A stretch of DNA of 64,000 nt from Mizuhopecten yessoensis (lineage: Eukaryota). Shown here piece after piece: positions 41,541 to 53,220 of the stretch. The stretch covers positions 1,329,729-1,393,728 of the forward strand of contig NW_018403786.1 of NCBI RefSeq assembly GCF_002113885.1, written 5' to 3'. Under the pieces are notes generated by a model that was not told where the DNA came from, ran no database searches, and worked only from the letters and a program-made list of their open reading frames with translations. A program made the translations under genes and the position numbers. Every line of letters begins with the position of its first letter. The stretch's first letter is position 1.

Positions 41541-42115
41541 CAGGTCCAGCACACTCTGCCAATTGAGCTTTATAGTTGTAAGCACTTATATATACATGTA
41601 GCTATATTCATCTATAATTATAGCTGTCTTGTGCTATATATTTTCTAAGATTTTATAAATGCCAAGTCGCATACAAATACAGGATTTTTGGTTATGTTCC
41701 ATGATGTAACTGTTCCAGGAAAGAATGAGAATTTGTAGTTATCTGTTTTTGTGGTTAAGGGCCTGAAAGTATTGATGTTGTGTGTTCGCAAGTCAGACTT
41801 TGATGCATATTGATGTAGAGGAATGTCAACAAGGCCATTAAGATCCTTAAAGAACAAAAGGAGCCTGGATTTAGCACGTCTTTGTTCAAGCGTTTCCCAG
41901 CCCAGATTGGTCAGCATGCTAGTCAAAACACCAGGTTCCCTAGACTGGTATTTGTTAAACACAAATCGGGCAAGTTAGAAGTATATTTTTAGTTTTCATA
42001 TATATTTTTCATCATTTTCTATCTTTTTTTTGGTTTCTTTTGTTATCAACATAGTTATAAAACCCTGTTTTAAATGTGACTTGTGTTCTTTTTTTTCTTT
42101 TGAAAAGAAAATTAC
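41541..42115. mobile_element. Degenerate copy of the 42873-43232 MITE, interrupted by a LINE fragment
   Basis: Begins caggtccagcacactctgccaattgagct and is collinear with 42873-43210 on both sides of the insertion. Confidence 0.65.
41695..41968 (-). mobile_element. LINE ORF2 C-terminal fragment
   Basis: MLTNLGWETLEQRRAKSRLLLFFK...YKFSFFPGTVTSWN, typical of the C-terminus of CR1/L2-group ORF2. Confidence 0.85.
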
Positions 42116-42479
42116 TCAAAACACCTATTCCAGATAGCCACATGCCGGTGTTGATTGTGTGGTTATTTTAGGGGGAAAGTTTTTGGAGGAAACAGAGATG
42201 CACATCTGCAAAAGGATAATACATTTTACGTGCATATAGGAGATTTCTAAAAGAAAAATTAGCTATCTTGTTTACGGTACTAAGCATAATTTTGAAATGT
42301 GGTTTCTGATGCAAGAAAGTTAGGTAGGGTTGATTTTTTTCGACATCGAGAGCTTTCCTCCAGAGTCCATTCTTGTATATATCATCATTGGAAGTGTCAT
42401 TTTTTACTGAAAGTTGATCTTAACCCTTAGACATGTAAAAAATTACTCTGAACACCTTAGGTTATGTCCAAATTATCAG

Positions 42480-42650
42480 GTCCCTGTGACGACAGGTGAT
42501 ATACATATCAGCCTAGCGATTGAACAGTTGTATTTTTTACCCAAGACCAATCAAAAGCTAGCTGCAAGCCTTCAATTTTGCCATTGAATATTCCAGGGGT
42601 GTAGAAAGCGAAAGAACAAGTGAGTGTACATAACCCCTGGAGTATCGAGC
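42480..42650. mobile_element. Partial copy of the 26358-26705 MITE
   Basis: gccttcaattttgccattgaatattccaggggtgtagaaagcgaaag...ggagtatcgag matches one TIR. Confidence 0.7.
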
Positions 42651-42872
42651 TCGAGGAAGCCATTGTCTTTTTTAGTTTTTACATTCGGGAGAAAATCGCT
42701 ATAAGTAAGTGCATCTATATTCGTTCTAGAATATCTCCATATGGCGTGACATGTTTCGCCCCCTGAATCAAGGATTATTTCCCTCAAACGAGGGATAGGA
42801 GTGCCTAGTCCTTCTCAAAACTGACTGAACTGTTCAATACTACAGTACAGATCAACATTCATATTGCTTTAT

Positions 42873-43232
42873 CAGGTCCAGTACACTGCCGATTGAGCTA
42901 TATAGCTATAAAGACCTATATAGCTATATACACCTATACATTATAGCTGTATCGAGCTATATTTTCTCAGATTTCAAATTTCATTAAATTAAAGCAAAGT
43001 CGCATAAAACAATAAGGTTAATGGTAATGTTGACTACAAAAAGCATACAGTTAGGTGTTTATTTTCATTTTTCATAAATGTGAAATTTCCGATTTCTTTA
43101 CATCATTTTTTTTTTTAAAGAATATTTATATTTAATGTCTTTTGTTATCAACCTAATGATAGAATCTTCTTTTAAATGCGACCTTGTTCCGTTTTCCTTA
43201 AAAAAGAAAATCGGCAGAGTGTACTGGACCTG
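42873..43232. mobile_element. MITE with CAG termini and 5-bp TSD (hAT5-like)
   Basis: TIRs caggtccagtacactgccgatt / aatcggcagagtgtactggacctg. TSD tttat at 42868-42872 and 43233-43237. Confidence 0.85.
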
Positions 43233-44769
43233 TTTATGTTCAAACGCATATCCTTTCTTGTTTTACGTTATCGCATTCACACACTTTTGACCGCACATGA
43301 ATTCTGCCTACTTATCAGTTTTCATTTCTTGGTAAGTTGCATTATAATGACTTACAAAGGCACTTAAATTGAGCCCAAATCTTACCTGAAATCACGAAGA
43401 TGTAACAAACATGCCAGTCACCGGCTACTCTGACTCTCTGAAACGTTTGATAAGGTAGTAACTTCACCTAATTAGTTAAAGCGCTTGTGTGTCCGGTCTC
43501 TTTGGTTATTACATTATTAAAACCAAACACATATTCCGGAAATTTTATTTTTATGAAACATACCTTTTGATCACAGTTCTGTTAGAATCCTGTAACACCG
43601 TCAAATACTGTAACTTCACATTGGAAACGTTTTCCTGTAAGACTGCTCGTTACGGAACTTTCCAAAGACATTTAATTAAGGCTAATTTATTCATTTGTAT
43701 TAAACCTTTACTTATTTTACAAATTTTTGAAATTTTTCCTGTATCGGCGGGAAAGGTCAAAGTTAAGTATACCAGAAACAGGTTTAAAGATGATGTATCG
43801 GAGAAAGGAAAAATAATCAATTTGATTGACTTGTCCGATAAATACCCCGATCCACCAGTCTACTGGGGAGAACTGAGGCATTCAAGTCATCTTGCAGAGT
43901 GAATGTGGATCCTGTAAATAGTTTTAACTTTTTAACCAGTTTTTAACGAACTCATGTGAAAGCCACGCCACACAAGTCTACCTGCAAGTTGATGCTGTTC
44001 GACGGCCCTTTGCAGTATAAATGTAAATGTAAACTGACACACCCATCTGCGACCCTCCAACAAATTGCACGATCGCTGATTTATTACGATGTAAGTGCCA
44101 AACATTGAAGATTTTCCCTAAAGAATAGATGTACCTGATTTCGTACTCGATGTTCGTATATTTTTTCAGTGTGGATACAGTGGCGGATCCAGAGGCAAAG
44201 CTGGGGGGGTTTCCAAAAGTTTTGGGGTGAGACATTTGCCGAGCGAAGCGAGGCAACCGACTGAGCGAAGCGAGGGAGTCTGCTAGGGGGGTCCGGGGGC
44301 ATGCCCCCCCGGATTTTTTTTTATTCTTAAGTGTGAAATGGTGCTCTCTGGCCACTGAAAATCTGCCTTCACATTTTATTAAATTTGTCTGTTTTATATG
44401 AATTTTGCATCAAAATTGACAGTACCAAAATTACTTGAAGCATTCTGGAAGTTTATACAAAGATGCTACAGTAATAAAAATGACCTTTTTTATGTAAGTA
44501 ATTAATGCTTATCTTAAGACTTTGTATAGCTTTAGTATATGCTTCAAGTTCTTAGTGGCTTCACATCAATTGTTCATGGAATCATCAAATAACAACCAAA
44601 CTAGTAATTGACATTCAGAATGTTTTAATAAATCAAGGATGAATTCTAAAATGAAGAAAATGTACACATCCTTCTTTCACTCACACACACCCACTAACAC
44701 CCACACACCAACATTCATTCATGTATCCTCAAACATTTTCACATATACACACTCTTAACACCAAATATA

Positions 44770-45170
44770 ACAATATTATAAATACTCTATCATAAGACCT
44801 CAATAAATATTCTCACAAGATCTCATTTAATTACTTTCAGTCATTCTCACATCATCTCAATGTATAACATATACTCTCACACATGACATCAATAAATATT
44901 TAAACAAGACTTCAATAAATACTGTACACCAAAAAATAAATATTTTAACAAGACCTCAATAAATACTCTACACAAAACAATGAATATTTTAACAAGACCT
45001 CAATAAATACTGTACACAAAACAATGAATATTTTAACAAGACCTCAATAAATATCCTATCACAGGACATCAATAAACATTTTAACAAGACCTCAATAAAT
45101 ACTCTACACAAGAAACCAATTAATATTTTTAAAAGACCTCAATAAAAACACTACACAAGACAACAATAAA
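44770..45170. repeat. Degenerate internal tandem repeats (aacaagacctcaataaata core) inside the hAT-like element
   Basis: Repeated motif visible directly. Confidence 0.8.
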
Positions 45171-47709
45171 TATATGTCCTCTCTACTTAAAACTCTGTTT
45201 ATGTATTTAAACAAATCCCGGTCACTGCCATCACATACGCTGGTAGCTTCAACACTGGTAATACCAAAACCTGCAAATTAAAGACTGTACATTAGTTGAA
45301 GTAAATAGTATTTTAATTAATAAGTTTGCTAAAACATAAGATGGGGACATACAAATGTCTTTTTTACAACATGGGAAGACTTTTTTTAACACAAAATATA
45401 TTCAGGATATATCATATAATTATTGCTAACATATATATGTTTATCCACATAATGGGCACATATACATCATCAAAACAACCTGAACCATTGACATTTATTT
45501 GTCTTACAATAACAATACATTTATACATGGCATTTATGCGACTTCTTATTTGATAAATCTATACTATAATACTAATTATATCATATCAACCGATGTGTTC
45601 TGATTAAATGGAAAGTGACTAATTATTAGAGCAATGTTGCATTTATCACTACATAGCATTTTCTGCTTTGTTTGGTTATTTATTGAAACATCTGTGTTTG
45701 TGCAACATAATCATATAAATTGGTTATGCTTTTAATTACCTGATGAGGCTGATGGGATATTGCTGACTTCTGTCGTGGTAATTATAGACCCAGGGCAGTT
45801 GAAGGAATCCAGCATACAAGCTGATTCTGGCTGACATGAGGAGGTGTCTGATGTGTCAATGTCTGGTGTTTCTGACGTACGCGACGTTCGACTTTCTTCG
45901 GGATGACATAAGGATGCTGTATGATCTGAAAGAATAATATATATGTATATAGTAACAATTAAGAAAACAGACTATTAAGCCTCTTTATTATAATATTTCA
46001 ATCAATGTAATAACCAGTCTGCTGGTACACATCAGTAAGACATATATTACTGTAAGAACTGCAATATCATTATCAATTGGGGTGTTTTTTTTGCGGGGGG
46101 GGGATATTTTGTTGTTGTAAACAATATATGTTAGGATGTCCTGGAGAACTCTGTAGGTAGGGAATGACCAATCAATCAGTATGGATTTCAACAAATTTTA
46201 TTGGACAAAAAAATGAAAAATTGGATGAGACAACAGGCTTAGCCTATATATAACATTTAGGGTTACTTTTTAATTCTAAAGGTACATGGGGGGGATCATA
46301 TTCATGATATTTTTAATAAAGCTTGTATTAGACTAAACATATTGAGAATGCCTAAATATAAAATTGATAGAAAATCATTGGAAACATTATTCTATTCTTA
46401 TATAAGACCTGTGCTTGAGTATGGTGATGTTATCTGGAATAACTGTACCATTGGAGAATTTAGTATGCTTGAATCTGTTCAAATTGAAGCTATGAAAATT
46501 ATATCGGGGTTAAGAAGTGTGACATCTCATCGTAAACTTTACCTTGAGGTAAATATGGAAACTTTAAGCCTATATAAGTCTTCTCCGGTCATAAATTTAA
46601 TACATAGCTCAACAAGACACACTCATATACACTTACAAACATATATAGGCTAGAACATTCAACCAAGTTACAAACATAAGAAAGAAAAAGTATGGATCTT
46701 GGTACACCTTTATGTGATGATATAAAAATTATTTGTTTTACTTCGCATACATTTTATCACTAAATAATTTTATTTTATTACATTTTACCAGTGAAATATA
46801 TATAGTATAGAGAAATATCTATTCGATAAAAGTGTTATTTTTCATTTACTAGAGAAAGATAACATTTAAAAAAAAAAAAAAAAACAGGATACGAAGCCAG
46901 TGAATATAGATAAGGAAAAATTAAAACAAAAACAAAACAAATTAAATAAAAAAACACTTAAGACCCAAATAAAATAGGAAACAATAGTGAAGACTTGTTT
47001 CCTATTATGGCGGTGAATTATAACAAGATCACAATGTACTAAGTAGTGAATTCAAGCGTTTTAAATGAAACAATAGGCCTACCTATTCTGTATTGTATAA
47101 TTTTTTTAAAGTAATGGACAGGTTCGAGCTCTAAATATACTTATATAGCGCCTTCTATATTCAGTCCAGCCAATAACGATTGAGTCAATACGCCACATTG
47201 GTGCCGTTGTGACCAATTAAATCTATAAATATGCATAATTTTTGGCAATAACTTTAAAAGAAATGTTTTTTTGTAATGATTTCGAGTACTTGTTTGTAAA
47301 TATTCTTTATAAAACACGTCTAATCGGACGCCGATTATCCGAGTTGTTTACGGAGCTATCATAACTCGTTGCAACTTGCATCATCAATTTATCAATAAAC
47401 AGCGACCTATTGTTATCGAAATAATGAACAATCTGTTAATGTGACGCATACAAGTGTTTATCCGAACACGAAAATAATCTAAAACATTAAATAGATCAGA
47501 TAGAACACGGGTCAAAATGCATGATTTGTGAAGCCATACCTCGGCAGATTTGTACAAATCGTTACCTGATCACGCGCGCTTGCACATTTATATCAAGATA
47601 CATGATTATGAAGATCTCATTTGACCTTACCTGTTTGTCTGAAAAAATTGGTGATCGCCGATACGCCTTTCGCATCTTTGCTGGAAAACTTCTGCCGACT
47701 ACGTACCAT
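45104..47709 (-). pseudogene. Truncated spliced transposase N-terminus. Exons 47709-47631, 45925-45740, 45270-~45165
   Basis: GT-AG introns, phase 1/1, open frame MVRSRQKFSSKDAKGVSAITNFFRQT-DHTASL...SASS-GFGITS...DLFKYINRVLSREDIYLLL. The frame then runs into repeats and stops near 45104. No DDE domain present. Confidence 0.65.
46250..46570 (+). mobile_element. LINE ORF2 fragment nested in the hAT-like element
   Basis: RKSLETLFYSYIRPVLEYGDVIWNNC...LESVQIEAMKIISG. Confidence 0.85.
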
Positions 47710-48844
47710 TTTGCAAATAACAAAATCAAATATGGCGGTTCCCTGTTCAGTAAATGAAGAGTTTCTTTCGAAGGGCAATAACTCTTGATGCTGCCAGTGT
47801 TCTACTCCGGGACGGCAACATCGGTTGGCAAAAAAAAAAAAAATGCTAGGGGGGTTTCCGGAAACCCCCAAAAAAATCTTTGCAGTGGTACTCCGGTAGA
47901 TCTACTGTCGGTTTACCACAGCAACAACCAAAAAAATTGAGAAAAAAAAATTGTTGGGATTTTTTTTTTTTTGTCTAAAAATGCTGGGGGGGTTTCCGGA
48001 AACCATGGAAACCCCCCTGGATCCGCCACTGGGATATATCGTAATAAAGAAATCGTAATCGTATCAAAGGACTCCTAATTGGCCGCCATGCAAGTTTTTG
48101 CTAGTTTCCACCATGACCTTTGACCATTCGGCAAACCTCGGCCGATTCCGGTACCTTTCATCTAAATCAAGTTTAAAAGAAACAGTTATTTCGGAATTAA
48201 TAGGTTAAGCATCTGTTTCTTTAGAATATACCAATTAAAATAAACAAAAAAATCCACATTATAACTTACAGCAGATTGTTTTAACACCATAACCTTCTTA
48301 TCGGGCCTTCAAAAGGCAAGACCGGTTTCAACAAACTTAATTCTTGACATCAATATATTATGTTTTTTTTTGGGAACTGCATGAACTTATTTCATAGTCA
48401 GAAATTAAACCGATCGATCTTTGATGTGAGAATCGAGTTCTGACATTAATTAAAAGAAAACAATTCTTTTCATCAGAAAATATGAGCTTTTTAATGCAAT
48501 CAAGTAATTATTGGTTTATCCATCCTGGATTATTCATAGCGAGGAATATTGATATAATATCACGAGTTCTTTATCAAGATCTAGACCATTCTTGACGACA
48601 AGAATCGGAACAAGTGAATAAGAAGGCAGTAATTTTAAGTGCTCCATAGTACAGATAAATCATGATAGCGTAGGAATTTAATTGGTGCCACCTGTCAGTG
48701 GGCACGCAATATTTTCTATACCAGGGATTTTCCTTACATGCAATTGCTGCACGTGATCAGTGTATAATGGCAAATCGGCGAAAACAATGTACCAGTATAA
48801 CGGACCCAAATGTGATATTTAGTTTATCGCTTTTCTTGATCGGG

Positions 48845-49030
48845 TGTTAGACGATTTCCCCAAAAACCGTAATTCCCCAAGCTGTTACGCCCCAAATTTG
48901 ATTCATATCGCCCCAACCAGTTCGCCCAAAAAACCCATAACGCCCCAACTACATTCTAACATTCATGGAATTTCGCCCAAAAAACAACAACACCCCAAAC
49001 GTCTTATACAGTACTTCATGATCACCAAGC
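48845..49030. repeat. Short-motif (tcgcccca / cgcccaaa) repeat tract. A reverse-complement relative lies at ~23575-23760
   Basis: Repeated cgcccc/cgccca motifs here and ggggcga/tgggcga motifs at 23.6 kb. Probably subterminal repeats of a DNA transposon (inference). Confidence 0.5.
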
Positions 49031-49059
49031 CGCACCGAACCTTCGCCCATGCGACGAAG

Positions 49060-50292
49060 CATGGTATTTTAGTGAGGAAGCATTGTGAAGTCGGCATCAG
49101 GTCCGCGGATACCGCCTCCGACGCACGCGTATGTGTACAAACAAACAACTCTGAACATATAGTGGTTGATACAATGAGGAATTACAGGGACCCGATAACT
49201 TGTTACAGTTAAAATTTTTGGACCAAATGTCTATGATATATAGACATAGACGTTTTAAAGTTAAACCATATAAACCAAACGAAACACTATCTTAACTTAT
49301 AGTCATCGTGACCTTTTCATGATATAGACATTTTAGGGGTCTTGATCAACTCTCGGAAAAAATGCATCCTACTAATGGTGGAAAACTCTCGATGTCGGAA
49401 AATAAACCCGACCTAACTTTTTCGCATCAAACATCACCTATCGTCATTGAGGGTGTTATTGTTACCGAGAGATTTTTTAAATCACTGAAACGTCTAATAT
49501 TACTCTCCATACATCAGAATAGGTCCAAATATTCCAACTATAACAAATTATCGGGTCCTTGTGGTGAGAGGAACGTGCCGATGTGACATTGGAACATTTG
49601 ATGCTCAGATGTAGAACAACTGACGTTTTGCGATTAATCAATGCTGTTTTCGGTATTCGTAAACACACCTTTCAGATAACATTATAAAGTCGGCATCAGT
49701 TCCGCGCTCTCACAAGGAGGCAAGTACACCAACATACCATGTCTCCTGCATACACACACGCAAGCACCCACACAGTTCACACATGGAGGCACGTCCTTAA
49801 ATGACCTTTGCTGTTAATTAGACGTTAAACAAAATTAACCCAAAACCAATCATTCTGTCAAGTGTCAGTATGATGTGACCGGATGGACAACATCCTCGAT
49901 ACTCAAGGGCTGCATCCCTGGAATATGTCATGGCAAAACTGAAGGCACGAAGATAGCTGTTTGATTGGTATCAGGTAAAAAAACCCTGACCTATCGCTAT
50001 CGGCATATGACTTCAAAGCCAGTCAATTTTACCGTAACGCGACTGCGAGATTCCTTTGATATTCATCAAAGGATCGAACTAGTCTTCTTCTCATCAACAA
50101 GGTGAGGCACACTTAGCCTTCGATTTTTTCATGATATATTCAAGGGGTGCAGAGAGCAAAAGTGATCGTAACCTATGGAGTATCGCGGATGGGCGGACTA
50201 CTGTGCTGGGAGACTTCGGTATGGTATTTCAGTGAAGTAGCACCCTAAAGTCGGCATCAGATCAACATACATACCGCCTCCAATACAGACGT
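49060..50292 (+). mobile_element. Cluster of three SINE fragments (Meta-SINE-like), the last interrupted by a MITE
   Basis: aagtcggcatcag core at ~49090, ~49690 and ~50250. The tail ggcacgtccttaaatgacc...gctgttaa...gacgttaaacaaaa resembles the tail of the SINE at 15183-15420. Confidence 0.6.
49891..50191. mobile_element. Second, more decayed copy of the 26358-26705 MITE (inverted)
   Basis: catcctcgatac ... gtatcgcggatg termini and a shared interior. Flanks gatggacaa / ggcggacta look like a decayed 9-bp TSD. Confidence 0.85.
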
Positions 50293-51718
50293 ATGGCAAG
50301 CCAAATTGTCATTTATTCATGGAGTAATGTTGATCCAGTACTTAACCAAATTATATAAGATATCCTATTTAATTATATAAGATATCTTATATACTTTATA
50401 AGATATCTTATATAATAAATAAGATATATTATATAATAAATAAGATAGCTTATATACCTTTCTTTATAAGATATCTCATAAAAGATATCTCATAAAAGAT
50501 ATAAGATGTCTTATATGTAATATAAGATATCTCATAAAAGATATCTTATAATGAAAATAAAATGAGATATCTTATATTTTTTATAAAATATCATATATCA
50601 TATATATAAGATATCTTATAAAGAAAATTAATTGAGATATTTTATATAAGATATCTTATAAAAGATATAAGATATCTCATAAACTTTAAATAAGATATCT
50701 TATATGATTATAAGATATCTTATATGTTTATAAAATATCTTGTATGTTTATNGTGTTTGCGCTTCTGCCTGAGGGCGATACCAAGACTGAATGTCCGGTT
50801 TGATGGCGAGACAGTGTCCGATCTACGAAAAAAGAACCAGGACGTGTACTTCTTGAAGAGGGAGGCTTGCGGATATATGCCAGACGACTGCTATAAGGAT
50901 CCGTCTATGCTGAAACATCTGGCTAGATTTGCAATCAGAAAACGCCTACTTGAAAATGACCTGTTGCCGTCCGGGATAGACAAACTCCCAAAGTTAACTA
51001 AAGAACTCGTCCAGTACATGAATTTACTGTCCTAATTTTTCTACATTTTCGTCACCGATAAACACCCTTAGAGAATAACACATTTTGATGTAGATATATT
51101 TAAATATTCTAGGACATTTTAATTCATAAATTACTTACATATATGCATTTGATAAAATAAATATCATTGATATTTGTCATTTTCGTTTTGCTCCGTTTGT
51201 ATTTACATGGTTGATTGTTACCGACTGTAAATAAAGTGTTTCGTTTGGTTTATCGGGTTTAGCTTTAAACATTTCATGACGTGTATACAGGTGTACATTT
51301 ATGGCAAGTCAGGTTGTCATTTATTCATGGAGCAATGTTGATCCAGTACTTAACCAAATTATATAAGATATCTCATATATTATATAAGATATCTTATATA
51401 TTATATAAGATATCTTATAAAAAATATAAGATATCTTATAAAGAAAAGTTTATGAGATATCTTATATCTTTTATAAGATATCTTATATCTTTTACAAGAT
51501 ATCTTATAAAGTATATAAGATATCTTATAAAGTATATAAGATATCTTATAAAAGATATAAGATATCTCATAAACTTAAAATAAGATATCTTATATGTTTA
51601 TAAGATATCTTATATAATATATAAGATATCTCATATAATATATGAGATATCTTATATAATTTGGTTAAGTACTGGATCAACATTGCTCCATGAATAAATG
51701 ACAACCTGACTTGCCATA
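50293..51718. mobile_element. Fold-back element with ~70-bp TIRs and internal (ataagatatctt)n arrays
   Basis: TIR tggcaag...ttgtcatttattcatggag(t/c)aatgttgatccagtacttaaccaaattatataagata at 50293, with its reverse complement ending at ~51718. TA on both flanks. Confidence 0.75.
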
Positions 51719-52265
51719 AATGTACACCTGTATACACGTCATGAAATGTTTAAAGCTAAACCCGATAAACCAAACGAAACACTTTATTTACAGTCGGTAA
51801 CAATCAACCATGTAAATACAAACGGAGCAAAACGAAAATGACAAATATCAATGATATTTATTTTATCAAATGCATATATGTAAGTAATTTATGAATTAAA
51901 ATGTCCTAGAATATTTAAATATATCTACATCAAAATGTGTTATTCTCTAAGGGTGTTTATCGGTGACGAAAATGTAGAAAAATTAGGACAGTAAATTCAT
52001 GTACTGGACGAGTTCTTTAGTTAACTTTGGGAGTTTGTCTATCCCGGACGGCAACAGGTCATTTTCAAGTAGGCGTTTTCTGATTGCAAATCTAGCCAGA
52101 TGTTTCAGCATAGACGGATCCTTATAGCAGTCGTCTGGCATATATCCGCAAGCCTCCCTCTTCAAGAAGTACACGTCCTGGTTCTTTTTTCGTAGATCGG
52201 ACACTGTCTCGCCATCAAACCGGACATTCAGTCTTGGTATCGCCCTCAGGCAGAAGCGCAAACAC
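50753..52265. repeat. Long inverted repeat (arms ~50753-51420 and ~51600-52265) duplicating the SOCS-box gene 3' end, likely an assembly artefact
   Basis: Arms are essentially identical with no indel (mirror coordinates sum to 103018). The left arm begins immediately after the N at 50752. Confidence 0.9.
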
Positions 52266-53056
52266 TCCTGTATAATGTTAATGGGGGCACTGATCTTAAG
52301 AGGTCCTGCTAGCGCTCCAACTACAAGCTGGTGACCCCCAAGAGTCTGTAGAAGTTGGTCCAAGGGGGCGCCTGTTGGTGAAGCGCCATGCTGGAGCAGA
52401 ACCAACACTACTTTTGGCTTCAGATTCTCACACGCCAGGAACATGCATGTCTGACCGACAAAGTTTTCTGGAGGAGCGTTGGCGGACATTGACAGAGTAG
52501 GATGTCCTGTTGGTAAGTCAAAGTAATGTACCACATTTTTCTGCAAGAGTTCTTTGTAAACAATCCGTGACGGCCCCATGAGTACGCTGTCGCCAAGATT
52601 CTCCTTCGTCAACGTTACTCTGAAGCCCGCACAGTGACCAATAACATACATTGACTTTGCAACTGCATCATTTGCCGCAGATGGGTCCTCGTAATGTAAG
52701 AGATCTCTCATAAAGAGACCCAAATCTATCCCATGGCTAAACTTCAACATCTCAGTTAATATGCCTCGGAGCAATACCTTATCCATTGACTTGTACTGGT
52801 AACATAAGCCAAGGGCGAGATGGAGACCCAACCATGATAGCTGGATCTTTTCGGGTTTACTCTTGTTCTTCCGAGTAAACAAAATTATATCCTGAACAGC
52901 TTTTTGCAATGTTACCTCATTTTTGTCAATTCTATCACAATATTTATATCCAACAAGTTCACATCTTCCTTCTTGTGTGCTGAATCCTCCTTGAGTTAGT
53001 TCCAGTAACTCTCCGAATGAGTTTATTTCAGGCTTAAAACACGGACAACAACTCAT
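51983..53056 (-). CDS. Intronless ankyrin-like repeat plus C-terminal SOCS-box protein (ASB/ANKRD9/STOPS-like), 357 aa
   Basis: Long ORF with higher GC than its flanks. Ankyrin-like GQTCMFLACENLKPKVVLVLLQHGASP. SOCS box PSMLKHLARFAIRKRL...IDKLPKLTKELVQYMNL. Candidate aataaa ~200 nt after the stop. Confidence 0.88.
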   Translation of the reverse strand: MSCCPCFKPEINSFGELLELTQGGFSTQEGRCELVGYKYCDRIDKNEVTLQKAVQDIILFTRKNKSKPEKIQLSWLGLHLALGLCYQYKSMDKVLLRGILTEMLKFSHGIDLGLFMRDLLHYEDPSAANDAVAKSMYVIGHCAGFRVTLTKENLGDSVLMGPSRIVYKELLQKNVVHYFDLPTGHPTLSMSANAPPENFVGQTCMFLACENLKPKVVLVLLQHGASPTGAPLDQLLQTLGGHQLVVGALAGPLKISAPINIIQECLRFCLRAIPRLNVRFDGETVSDLRKKNQDVYFLKREACGYMPDDCYKDPSMLKHLARFAIRKRLLENDLLPSGIDKLPKLTKELVQYMNLLS

Positions 53057-53124
53057 TGCTTCAAATTCGTTATAGAACCTTCACGATCGGAAAGTTCGCA
53101 GCATACATGTAGCGTGTCTAGAAT

Positions 53125-53220
53125 GAAACGACGGAAGTTGACGGCGTTGCTACACAACGGTGTATATGACGTCATAAATAGATGACATATTGACAATTGG
53201 GTCGATATCGTTTCCGGCCT
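53125..53220 (-). promoter_or_regulatory. Candidate proximal promoter of the SOCS-box gene
   Basis: CpG-rich patch 70-160 bp upstream of the ATG, with ETS-type cggaagt (53132-53138) and a perfect CRE tgacgtca (53167-53174). Confidence 0.4.

Larger units (their letters stand above)
44178..48031 (-). mobile_element. 3.85-kb hAT-like DNA transposon (internal-deletion derivative) with 5-bp TSD
   Basis: 15-bp perfect TIR cagtggcggatccag / ctggatccgccactg. TSD ggata at 44173-44177 and 48032-48036. Subterminal gggggtttcc motifs at both ends. Confidence 0.9.

Noticed and set aside
43978-44355. 125-aa minus-strand ORF
   Set aside because: Crosses the transposon terminus and translates GC-rich subterminal repeats.
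50724-51035. Separate plus-strand SOCS-box gene
   Set aside because: Identical partial mirror of 51983-52265 that begins at an N, with its start taken from AT repeats. Likely artefact.
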